From positions 10,156-74,155 of the forward strand of contig JAEEYV010000039.1 of assembly GCA_016288295.1 (NCBI GenBank): a stretch of DNA of 64,000 bases. Reading direction: 5' to 3'. Positions 44,592 through 53,252 of the stretch are shown piece after piece. The position numbers and the translations under genes were made by a program. Position 1 is the first letter of the stretch. The number at the start of each line of letters is the position of its first letter. The stretch comes from Alphaproteobacteria bacterium. GTDB lineage: Bacteria; Pseudomonadota; Alphaproteobacteria; RF32; CAG-239. The notes under the pieces are model-generated. The model was not told the origin of the DNA. It saw nothing but the letters and a program-made list of their open reading frames with translations, and searched no databases.

Positions 44592-47288
44592 TTAGCAGGC
44601 TTTTTTGCAGCAACAACTATCTCCGCCTTCCTTCTTCTCATCATTCTTATGACGAACCGCAGCTTGAGCAGCCGCCAGACGAGCTACCGGTACACGGAAC
44701 GGTGAACATGAAACATAGTTCATGCCGCAAGTCTGGAAGAAATCGATTGATGCAGGATCACCACCGTGTTCACCGCAAACACCAAGCCAAATTTTCGGAT
44801 TCGATGAACGTGCTTTGCAACAAGCCATCTTAACCAACATACCGACACCCTCAACATCGATTGATGCAAATGGATCGGCAACATAAACACCGCGAGCGCG
44901 ATATTCATCCAAGATAGCACCTGTATCATCACGGCTCATACCAAGAGTCGTTTGAGTCAAGTCATTGGTACCAAAACCGAAGAACTCGGCAGATTGAGCC
45001 AATTCGTCAGCTTTCAAAGCAGCACGAGGCAATTCAATCATTGAACCGACTTCATATTTAACTTTTTTGCCTTTTTCAGCAAAAACTTTCTCAGCTGTAG
45101 TATCAATAATGTTCTTAACAATATCGAGCTCTTTCTTTGAACCTGTCAAAGGAACTTCGATTTCCGGAATAACTTTAATACCGGCATCTTCACATTCAAT
45201 AGCAGCTTCCAAGATAGCACGAGTCTGCATTTCACAAATTTCTGGATAGGTAATTGGCAAACGGCAACCACGATGACCAAGCATCGGATTAGCCTCGTGC
45301 AAAGCATCTGCACGATTCTTAACCTGTTGCAAAGTCATACCCATCTTGTTTGCCAACTCTTGCATTTCAGCATCTGTGTGCGGCAAAAATTCATGAAGTG
45401 GTGGGTCAAGCAAACGAACAACAACCGGCAGACCATTCATAATCTTGAACAAATCCTTAAAGTCTTGTTTTTGATATGGCAACAAACGAGCCAAGGCCGC
45501 ACGACGACCTTCTTCATTGTCAGACAAAATCATTGCACGCATATCAGGGATACGTTCAGCATCAAAGAACATATGTTCAGTACGAGCCAGACCGATTCCT
45601 TGTGCACCAAAGTCACGAGCTTGTTGAGCATCTTTCGGAGTTTCGGCATTTGCACGAACTTCCATTGTGCGGAGTTCATCAACCCAGCCCATCAATTTAC
45701 CAAAGTTACCGCTATTGGTATCAGCTTTAACTGTCGGAACCTGACCTTCAATAATCTGGCCTTTACCGCCATCTAAAGATACCCAATCACCTTCTTTAAC
45801 AACAACACCAGATTTTGTTGTCATGGTCTTGTCTTTGTAGCTGATAACAATATCATGAGAACCCGAAACGCAAGGAGTACCCATACCGCGAGCAACAACC
45901 GCTGCGTGAGATGTCATACCGCCGCGAGCAGTAATAACACCTTGTGAAGCATGCATACCGCCGATATCTTCCGGAGAAGTTTCGTTACGGATAAGGATAA
46001 CTTTTTCACCTTTTGCAGCCCAAGCTTCAGCATCTTCAGCACAGAATACTGCACGACCGACAGCCGCACCAGGAGAAGCCGGAAGACCTGTAGCTATAAC
46101 ATTCTTCTTAGCTTTCGGATCAAGCATCGGGTGCAACAATTGGTCTAATTGGTCAGCACCAACGCGCATAATAGCTTCTTCTTTATTAAGCAAACCTTCT
46201 TCAACCATTTCTACGGCCATACGAACTGCTGCTTGTGCAGTACGTTTACCATTACGGCATTGCAACATCCAGAGCTTACCATGCTCAATGGTAAATTCCA
46301 TATCTTGCATATCTTTGTAATGAGCTTCCAAATTATTACGAACATCAACCAACTCTTTATACAGGTTAGGCCATTTTTCTTCCAGAGAAGTGCCGTCACC
46401 TTTTGAACCCATCGGTTGCGGAGTACGAATACCGGCCACAACGTCTTCACCTTGAGCATTAACCAGATATTCGCCGTAATATACGTTTTCACCAGTTGCC
46501 GGGTCACGTGAGAAGCAAACACCTGTTGCACAATCATCACCGGCATTACCGAATACCATGGTTTGAACGTTAACGGCAGTGCCCCAGTCGCCCGGAATAT
46601 TGTTCAATTTACGATAAGTAATGGCACGATCAACCATCCAAGAACCAAATACGGCACCGATTCCGGCCCACAATTGATCCCACGGATCCTGTGGTACAAC
46701 TTTACCGATTTTCTGACCGATTTCTTTATATTGAACAACCAAAGCCTTCAAATCATCAGCAGTCAAATCCGTATCAGATTTATAACCCTTAGATTTTTTC
46801 ATATTTTCCAAAGCTTCTTCATACAATTCCAGGTCAGCACCTAAAACCACGTCAGAAAACATTTGGAGAAAACGACGATAAGAGTCATAAGCAAAACGCT
46901 CCGAACCGGAAGCTTTAGCCAAAGCTTTAACTGTTTCGTCATTCAAACCGAGGTTCAAAACCGTATCCATCATACCCGGCATAGAAACTCTTGCACCGGA
47001 ACGAACCGAGAAAAGCAACGGATTGTTGGCATCAGCAAACTTCTTGCCCATAATTTTCTCAACACCGGCAACAGCCTCTTTTACCTGTTCTTTCAAATCT
47101 GCGGGATAAGTTTTGTTATTGTTGTAATAATATGTACAAACTTCAGTAGTAACTGTAAATCCTGGAGGAACCGGCAAACCGACCTTGTTCATTTCAGCAA
47201 GATTAGCACCTTTACCGCCAAGAAGATTACGCATGGTGGCATCACCCTCGGCTTTGCCGTTTCCAAATGTATATACCCATTTACTCAT
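44592..47288 (-). CDS. ppdK: pyruvate, phosphate dikinase
   Basis: 898 aa. Phosphohistidine-domain motif GGMTSHAAVVARG, C-terminal PEP-utilising TIM barrel (GTNDLTQ, CGEHGGDP). Unusual C-terminal tail KKEGGDSCCCKKAC. Confidence 0.96.
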   Translation of the reverse strand: MSKWVYTFGNGKAEGDATMRNLLGGKGANLAEMNKVGLPVPPGFTVTTEVCTYYYNNNKTYPADLKEQVKEAVAGVEKIMGKKFADANNPLLFSVRSGARVSMPGMMDTVLNLGLNDETVKALAKASGSERFAYDSYRRFLQMFSDVVLGADLELYEEALENMKKSKGYKSDTDLTADDLKALVVQYKEIGQKIGKVVPQDPWDQLWAGIGAVFGSWMVDRAITYRKLNNIPGDWGTAVNVQTMVFGNAGDDCATGVCFSRDPATGENVYYGEYLVNAQGEDVVAGIRTPQPMGSKGDGTSLEEKWPNLYKELVDVRNNLEAHYKDMQDMEFTIEHGKLWMLQCRNGKRTAQAAVRMAVEMVEEGLLNKEEAIMRVGADQLDQLLHPMLDPKAKKNVIATGLPASPGAAVGRAVFCAEDAEAWAAKGEKVILIRNETSPEDIGGMHASQGVITARGGMTSHAAVVARGMGTPCVSGSHDIVISYKDKTMTTKSGVVVKEGDWVSLDGGKGQIIEGQVPTVKADTNSGNFGKLMGWVDELRTMEVRANAETPKDAQQARDFGAQGIGLARTEHMFFDAERIPDMRAMILSDNEEGRRAALARLLPYQKQDFKDLFKIMNGLPVVVRLLDPPLHEFLPHTDAEMQELANKMGMTLQQVKNRADALHEANPMLGHRGCRLPITYPEICEMQTRAILEAAIECEDAGIKVIPEIEVPLTGSKKELDIVKNIIDTTAEKVFAEKGKKVKYEVGSMIELPRAALKADELAQSAEFFGFGTNDLTQTTLGMSRDDTGAILDEYRARGVYVADPFASIDVEGVGMLVKMACCKARSSNPKIWLGVCGEHGGDPASIDFFQTCGMNYVSCSPFRVPVARLAAAQAAVRHKNDEKKEGGDSCCCKKAC

Positions 47289-47427
47289 GGTCTATCTGTG
47301 CTCCTATTAGCATTAAAGTTAAAAAACAAAAATCATATAAACTACGATTTTTCACTTACAATTCGCGCTTAATTTATAACACTTACATTGATTCTTCAAG
47401 CAAAAAATCACTTTAGCATTCAAAACC

Positions 47428-47472
47428 AAAAAAGCCACGCAAAATCATTTTGACTCGCGTGGCTCCAAAAAA
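47428..47472 (-). terminator. intrinsic terminator after the atp F0 operon
   Basis: agccacgc / gcgtggct stem with a 16-nt loop, T-run on the minus strand. Confidence 0.7.
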
Positions 47473-47482
47473 ATATTTTAAG

Positions 47483-48109
47483 CTATTTCAGTTCAGATAT
47501 CGCTTCAATTGACTTATCAATCAAACTCTTTTGATCTTTTGCGCTCAATCCGTCCGCAATTACAATCTTTAAAGCTCTCATTGCCTTATTAACAACCATC
47601 ATAGACGATTCGTTAATCATTTTTTGTTCATAAGATTTGATTACCGTTGAAGTATATCTTTCCTGAGTTGCCAAATCATTTTCAAGTTTTTTAAGCTCCT
47701 CGGATTTAAAATCTCTTGCATCTTTTTGAGCCTTTTTAATTATTTTATCAGCCTTTGATTGCATGCCATCAATTTTTTGCTCATAATCAGCCAAAAAATT
47801 GCGAGCCTCATCGCGGAGTTGCTCGGCTTCTTTAATCTGCGCAACAACCCCATCTATACGTTTTTGTAACAACGCTGACAAAATTTTCTTAATTGGTTTA
47901 TACAAAAAGCATAAAACGGCAACAAAAGCTACACCGACCCAAAACTCCGCAGATTGATAAAATACTTCATGATGCCCATTAGAAATTTCTTCTGTCGTTG
48001 TTTTAATGATATTACCAACATCACTAACGGCACCGATTACTGCTTCTTGAGTAGCATCAATCAATTCTTTTCCTGCACTGTTTTCAAGCATTTCATCCAT
48101 TGCTGACAT
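47483..48109 (-). CDS. atpF: F0F1 ATP synthase subunit b
   Basis: Single TM segment followed by a long charged helix. Last gene of the atpI-B-E-b'-b cluster. Confidence 0.8.
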   Translation of the reverse strand: MSAMDEMLENSAGKELIDATQEAVIGAVSDVGNIIKTTTEEISNGHHEVFYQSAEFWVGVAFVAVLCFLYKPIKKILSALLQKRIDGVVAQIKEAEQLRDEARNFLADYEQKIDGMQSKADKIIKKAQKDARDFKSEELKKLENDLATQERYTSTVIKSYEQKMINESSMMVVNKAMRALKIVIADGLSAKDQKSLIDKSIEAISELK

Positions 48110-48581
48110 CCTTTTTTAAGGCCTCATCAATTTTTTCGCGTCCAATACCCGAAATATTCAATTTGCTGACAATTTGTTCCGACAAATCAGCGGCCATCAC
48201 ATCAACTTTTGATTTTACGGCTTTTTCAAACTGTCGCAAATTTTTCTCATTATCTTCCAAACGCTTTTTCAAACGTTCATTCATCTCTGTTTGCAAACTT
48301 TCTGACTGTTTTTTTATCTCGTCTTGAGCTTTTTGCCAAGTATCATTAGCCTGCTCTTCAGCCCTTGCGACTGCCGCATTATAACGAGAAATCAGCTCTT
48401 CCGCCGAAGCCTTAAAACCTTCGGCGGCAGAGATACAATCATCAATTTTGCGTTGACGTCGCTTAATAATTTCACCGATTCTCGGTACAACAAATTTACC
48501 GACAACCAACCACATAATTACAAAGCTGACTATCAACCAAAAAATTTGTGATACAAACGTTGCACTATTAAGTTGTGGCAT
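48093..48581 (-). CDS. F0F1 ATP synthase subunit b'
   Basis: N-terminal TM (FVSQIFWLIVSFVIMW) plus charged helix. Its position between c and b is typical of the alphaproteobacterial F0 operon. Confidence 0.8.
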   Translation of the reverse strand: MPQLNSATFVSQIFWLIVSFVIMWLVVGKFVVPRIGEIIKRRQRKIDDCISAAEGFKASAEELISRYNAAVARAEEQANDTWQKAQDEIKKQSESLQTEMNERLKKRLEDNEKNLRQFEKAVKSKVDVMAADLSEQIVSKLNISGIGREKIDEALKKDVSNG

Positions 48582-48599
48582 AACTAAGCTCTGTACCTA

Positions 48600-48827
48600 C
48601 TATTTTCCACCACCGGTCAACATAACCAACGAAATAACCAAAGCATACAAAGCAATAGCTTCTACGGCAGCAAATCCGGCCCAACCATAAATATCAACAT
48701 CTTTTTTAACCTGAGGATTACGTCCTACAGTTGTAATAATTGTCGTCCAAACTTTAGCAACACCCCATGCTGCAACAGTCATTGTCAAAGCACAAATTGC
48801 TGCACCAATATAAGCCATAGGTTCCAT
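48600..48827 (-). CDS. atpE: F0F1 ATP synthase subunit c
   Basis: 75-aa hairpin proteolipid with GRNP loop and a conserved acidic residue (AVEAIALY). Confidence 0.93.
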   Translation of the reverse strand: MEPMAYIGAAICALTMTVAAWGVAKVWTTIITTVGRNPQVKKDVDIYGWAGFAAVEAIALYALVISLVMLTGGGK

Positions 48828-48852
48828 TTTTTTATCCTTTCAATATAATTAA

Positions 48853-49575
48853 TCAGTGACTATGTATTGCATCACTCAAATAAATACAGCTTAAAACCGT
48901 ATAAATAAAAGCTTGCAATAAAGCTATAAACAGTTCAAATACAATAATAATAGCGTCAAACAATAGCGGAACAACTCCTGCAACTCCTAACGCAACAATA
49001 AATCCGGCTATTATTTTTAACATAATATGCCCGACTGTCATATTTGCTACCAAACGAATAGTCAAACTAAACGGCTTTGATAACAACGAAATTGTTTCAA
49101 TAGGCATAACCAAAGGTGCCAAAACCCAAGGAATACCTTTGGGCATAATCGTATGAATATACCCCCATTTTTTCTTTTTTATACCAATCACAATATTAAA
49201 TACCAGAGCCAACAAAGATAATGCTCCCACCGCTGCTACATGTGATGTAAAAGTAAACGCATATGGAAATAGCCCTAACACATTACCAAAAGCTATAAAC
49301 AAAAATAACGAGAATATAAAACTAAAATACTTTAATCCTTCAGTCCCGACATTACTCTTTACCAACCCGAAAATAAAGTCATACACCATTTCTGCAAAAG
49401 CTTGCCCCTTCTGCGGTACGATAGTTCTTTTGGTAAGACACGCCAAAAACAGCGTCGAACACGCTACCACAGCCAACAGCATGAACAACGACGAATTCGT
49501 AAAAGATATATCATAATCTCCGATGTGCAACGGAATAATCGTTTTCACATCAAATTGTTCCATTGGATTTGACAA
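48853..49575 (-). CDS. atpB: F0F1 ATP synthase subunit a
   Basis: Polytopic. Conserved LSLTIRLVANMTVGH arginine motif. Confidence 0.93.
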   Translation of the reverse strand: MSNPMEQFDVKTIIPLHIGDYDISFTNSSLFMLLAVVACSTLFLACLTKRTIVPQKGQAFAEMVYDFIFGLVKSNVGTEGLKYFSFIFSLFLFIAFGNVLGLFPYAFTFTSHVAAVGALSLLALVFNIVIGIKKKKWGYIHTIMPKGIPWVLAPLVMPIETISLLSKPFSLTIRLVANMTVGHIMLKIIAGFIVALGVAGVVPLLFDAIIIVFELFIALLQAFIYTVLSCIYLSDAIHSH

Positions 49576-49896
49576 CTATAAACTCTCCTGTCTTTTCCCT
49601 CGTTTTTCTTCATCTTTAACAGTGCGATAAACATTCACAAAACCTGCTGCGCCACCAAATAGCAAAAACACAGCCAGCATTAAAGGCTTTGTACCAAACA
49701 TAGAATCAAGCAACCATCCTATACCGGCACCGACTATTACTGCCGCCAATAAATCAGTTGCAACTTGCAACCCGATTCTCGCCGCAGAATAACGCCCCGA
49801 CCTTTTCTTATTTGTATCATCCCCCTTTGCCTGGCGCATTTTACAAATTTTTGCTTCCAATGCTCGCAGTTCTTCAGGAATATTTTCGCGTTTCAA
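49576..49896 (-). CDS. atpI: AtpI/AtpZ-like ATP synthase protein I
   Basis: 106 aa, two TM segments, immediately upstream of atpB. Confidence 0.7.
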   Translation of the reverse strand: MKRENIPEELRALEAKICKMRQAKGDDTNKKRSGRYSAARIGLQVATDLLAAVIVGAGIGWLLDSMFGTKPLMLAVFLLFGGAAGFVNVYRTVKDEEKRGKRQESL

Positions 49897-49932
49897 AACT
49901 TATACTACCCAAAAGTTACCGACTTATTAACC

Positions 49933-50640
49933 TTACAAATTTTTATTCAAAATTTCACTTAATTTTGAATAACTGGGCACACCGGTTATCAACTCATCAC
50001 CATTTGCTGAACGAATCAAAAACGAAGGTGTTGCCTTAATATCAAGTTTTTCCATTGCTTGCTGGCGAACGTATAAGATTTCAGACGCCACACTGTTATC
50101 GTTCATGCACTTCTTAGCCATTTCTGGGCTCATTCCTTCTTCCTGAGCATAGCCGATAAAAAGTTTTTCACTCTTAAAAGATAGCCCCCACGTTGCCTGC
50201 TTTTTAAACAACGTTCCTAAAAAATCAAAATATTGTTCACCGGAAAAACAATGTGCTAACATTGCTGCCTGCATTGATTTTTTATCAATTGGAAAATCCG
50301 CAAAAACCAATTTTACCTTTCCGGTATCAATAAATTCTCGCTCCAATCGCGGCAATACGCCCAAATGAAAATCCGAGCAGTGAGTACATCCTAACGACGA
50401 AAACTCATAAATTGTAATTGGAGCATTCAGGTTACCAAGTACATGCGTAGCTTCAATATTAAAAGTACCTGGAGTAATTTTCCGAACCGCCACATCTTCC
50501 GCACGAGCTACTTTTACCAGTTCTATGCCGTTTGGACCTGCAACAAAACCTTTTTGCATAAGATAAAAACCATCCGCCAAAAGAAACACTACTACGATTG
50601 CTAAAAAACGGCTAATCATTTTTACATTTTTCTCAAACAT
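49933..50640 (-). CDS. DsbA-family thioredoxin-fold protein
   Basis: Membrane anchor plus SSLGCTHCSDF CxxC motif. Start ambiguous (50640 or 50619). The track start would overlap the upstream gene. Confidence 0.8.
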   Translation of the reverse strand: MFEKNVKMISRFLAIVVVFLLADGFYLMQKGFVAGPNGIELVKVARAEDVAVRKITPGTFNIEATHVLGNLNAPITIYEFSSLGCTHCSDFHLGVLPRLEREFIDTGKVKLVFADFPIDKKSMQAAMLAHCFSGEQYFDFLGTLFKKQATWGLSFKSEKLFIGYAQEEGMSPEMAKKCMNDNSVASEILYVRQQAMEKLDIKATPSFLIRSANGDELITGVPSYSKLSEILNKNL

Positions 50641-50650
50641 ACTTATCAAC

Positions 50651-51172
50651 TCACTTATGGTTTTGACTAAACACAACCTCGCCAATCTCTCTTAATTTTT
50701 CTCGCAGTTCGGCATTGGTAATGTCCTCGGTTACTCGGCTAATATAATTTTGTTCTTCTTTGCTTACAAGATTTTTTTGCATAGGCGGTTGATTACTTTT
50801 AGATTCTAAACTTCTAAAAGTGCCAACATCTTGTATAATCTTGATTTCTTCAACAGCATTATACCCGAAAAACGTATTAATACGCTCAACCAAAAATTTT
50901 TCTCTATGTCGAAGTTCTAAAGCAAAAGCTCCTCCGGGTACTTTCAGCCATAGAGTTCCTCTGTCCCGAGCCCCCTTAACAAATTCCAATTTTTCGGGAA
51001 TGGTATATTGCGCAACTTCATTTCCGACAATGCGTTCCCACATTGTTATAATATCAGCAGATACCATACCTTTTTTATGCATAAGTTTTCTTAACAACGG
51101 CAATGCCGCTGAAGCTAAAGAACTCAATCCTCCGCTATTTCTGGATTCAATATTTTCCTGTCCATCAGTCAT
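50651..51172 (-). CDS. DUF721 (DciA-like) domain protein
   Basis: W-x-x-IVG...TLWLKVPGGAFALELRHREKFLVERINTFFG pattern, typical of DUF721. Confidence 0.7.
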   Translation of the reverse strand: MTDGQENIESRNSGGLSSLASAALPLLRKLMHKKGMVSADIITMWERIVGNEVAQYTIPEKLEFVKGARDRGTLWLKVPGGAFALELRHREKFLVERINTFFGYNAVEEIKIIQDVGTFRSLESKSNQPPMQKNLVSKEEQNYISRVTEDITNAELREKLREIGEVVFSQNHK

Positions 51173-51323
51173 GCTTCATAAATATCACAATATTAACTTT
51201 TTTTTCAACATTTTTATTTAATCTAAAGAAAGTTAATAAAAAAACTTGATTTTATACAAAAATTATTGTATTTTCGGAATTGTTACAAATATTTGTCTAA
51301 CACTTTTAAAAGGAAACCTGTAT

Positions 51324-51947
51324 ATGTTAAATAAAATGATGATTGGTATTTCCGCCGTAGTACTTGGACTGGCAACTGCCAGTGCGGCTCGTGCCGAATG
51401 TGACGGAATTTACCTCGCAGTCCGTGGTGGCGGTTCAAGCCCTACATTGGACGATAAAAGTAAAGGTGAAAACCGTTTTGACATTGGGGGTACTGACCTT
51501 ATGGTAAGTGGCGCTCTCGGTTATCGTTATGAATATTTCCGTGCTGAAGTTGAATATATCTGGCGCAACACTAATGAAGAAAATCATACTGATGTTATCG
51601 AAAGAGAAGGAGAACCACCTCTTACCAGCAAATCAGAGGCAGAGTTTGATTATACCTCTTATATGTTCAATGTATATCTTGATTTAGCTCCATATTCTTG
51701 GTTTACACCTTACTTAAGTGCTGGTGTCGGTTTAACTGAAATGGAATACAACTTCACATACAACGATTCAATGAATTACAATTACAAGAAAGAAAACTTC
51801 ACTTGGTCAGTCGGTGCTGGTCTTTCTGCTAAGATGACCAATCGTTTGAATCTTGATGTCGGTTACCGTTATTTTGACTTTGGTAAGATTCGTGGAGCTC
51901 AAATCCATGATCACGAAGTTTACGGTGGTTTGCGTTACGTATTCTAA
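51324..51947 (+). CDS. outer-membrane beta-barrel protein (OmpA-like 8-strand / Omp25-type)
   Basis: Signal peptide ending ASAARA, alternating aromatic beta-strand pattern, C-terminal GGLRYVF. Confidence 0.8.
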   Translation: MLNKMMIGISAVVLGLATASAARAECDGIYLAVRGGGSSPTLDDKSKGENRFDIGGTDLMVSGALGYRYEYFRAEVEYIWRNTNEENHTDVIEREGEPPLTSKSEAEFDYTSYMFNVYLDLAPYSWFTPYLSAGVGLTEMEYNFTYNDSMNYNYKKENFTWSVGAGLSAKMTNRLNLDVGYRYFDFGKIRGAQIHDHEVYGGLRYVF

Positions 51948-51964
51948 CTGAATTTAATTCATTT

Positions 51965-51996
51965 AAAAAACCTCCTTCAATTGGAGGTTTTTTTAT
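51965..51996 (+). terminator. intrinsic terminator
   Basis: aacctcc / ggaggtt stem, T7 run. Confidence 0.8.
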
Positions 51997-52088
51997 GCCC
52001 AATATTTTATTTTCCTTCAAAAAGGCTTGACTCTTTGGCCTTTTAATGGCGTAAAGTATACAGATTGACTAACCAATGAAAGCTTCCG

Positions 52089-53252
52089 ATGAATAACAAT
52101 ATTTATCTTAATCAGGCCCAACTTAACGCTGAAATAAATCGTTGCCTCAATTGCAAAAATCATCCCTGTATGACAGCTTGCCCAATCAGCTGCAATCCGC
52201 AGGAATTTATTCAACTTGCAAAAAACGGGAACTATAGCGGCGCGGTAAAGTCAATATCTGATGCCAATCCCATGGGACAGACTTGCGGCCTGATCTGCCC
52301 GGATAAATTTTGCATGAAAGCTTGTACTCGAAGCCGACTTGACTTTCCGATCAATATTCCCAAAGTTCAAGCTTCTATAATGGAAAAACACCACAACATT
52401 CAAGACACATTAAAATCTCCCCGTTCAAACGGTCATAAAATTGCCATAATCGGCGCCGGACCTGCCGGAATTGCAGCTTGTTTTCAACTCTTAAAAAAAG
52501 GATACAACGTAATTATATTTGAAGCTTCTGACAAGGTTGGCGGAGCCCTCAACCTTATTCCGGGAAACCGTCTTCCTTCTGAAGTCATCAACAAAGAATG
52601 GGGGTTTATTAAAGATAATCCTTTGCTCGAAACTCATTTCAATACTGTAATTAAAAATCCGCAATCACTGCTTAAACAGGGGTTTGAACACATAATTGTT
52701 GCCTCAGGTGAACCTAATGTCATCAATCTTGATATCGAAGGCGAGGAGCTCACCGTTTCATACATTGATTATTTGCATAACCCTCAAAAATATGCTACCA
52801 ATGGCAATGTTGCAATAATTGGTGGTGGAGCAGTTGCAACAGATTGCGCTCTAACTGCCCGAAACACCGGAGCACAAAATGTCGAAATGTTCATCCGCCG
52901 TAGAATTTCCGACATGCGCATAACTAACGAAGAAAGAAAAAATCTGCTTGAAAACGGTATCGATCTCACAGGTATGACCAAAATTAAAAAGGTTCAAACT
53001 GAAAAAAATCTGCTAACCCTTCATACCTGTAAAACCAAATTTGTCGGCAACAAACTTGAAGAAATACCTGAAACCACCATTAAACGTCCTGATTTTAGCT
53101 TAATTATCAAAGCGATCGGAAGTTATGCCCCTCACTTTGAAGACACTGACAAAATAACCTATGCCGGTGATTGCAAGACCGGCGGCTCCACAATTGTTGA
53201 AGCTTTATCTTCAGGAAAATCAGCTGCTGAAAAAATCATTCAACAATATTAA
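52089..53252 (+). CDS. FAD/NAD(P)-dependent oxidoreductase with N-terminal Fe-S cluster domain (GltD/PreT family)
   Basis: CLNCKNHPCMTACP cluster motif. IAIIGAGPAGIAA and VAIIGGGAVATDCA dinucleotide-binding motifs. Confidence 0.8.
   Translation: MNNNIYLNQAQLNAEINRCLNCKNHPCMTACPISCNPQEFIQLAKNGNYSGAVKSISDANPMGQTCGLICPDKFCMKACTRSRLDFPINIPKVQASIMEKHHNIQDTLKSPRSNGHKIAIIGAGPAGIAACFQLLKKGYNVIIFEASDKVGGALNLIPGNRLPSEVINKEWGFIKDNPLLETHFNTVIKNPQSLLKQGFEHIIVASGEPNVINLDIEGEELTVSYIDYLHNPQKYATNGNVAIIGGGAVATDCALTARNTGAQNVEMFIRRRISDMRITNEERKNLLENGIDLTGMTKIKKVQTEKNLLTLHTCKTKFVGNKLEEIPETTIKRPDFSLIIKAIGSYAPHFEDTDKITYAGDCKTGGSTIVEALSSGKSAAEKIIQQY

Noticed and set aside
45273-45776. Plus-strand ORFs inside ppdK (also 45476..45730, 46149..46406, 46563..46844, 46863..47372).
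   Set aside because: They are antisense to a confidently identified 898-aa conserved gene. Their translations are low-complexity with no motifs.
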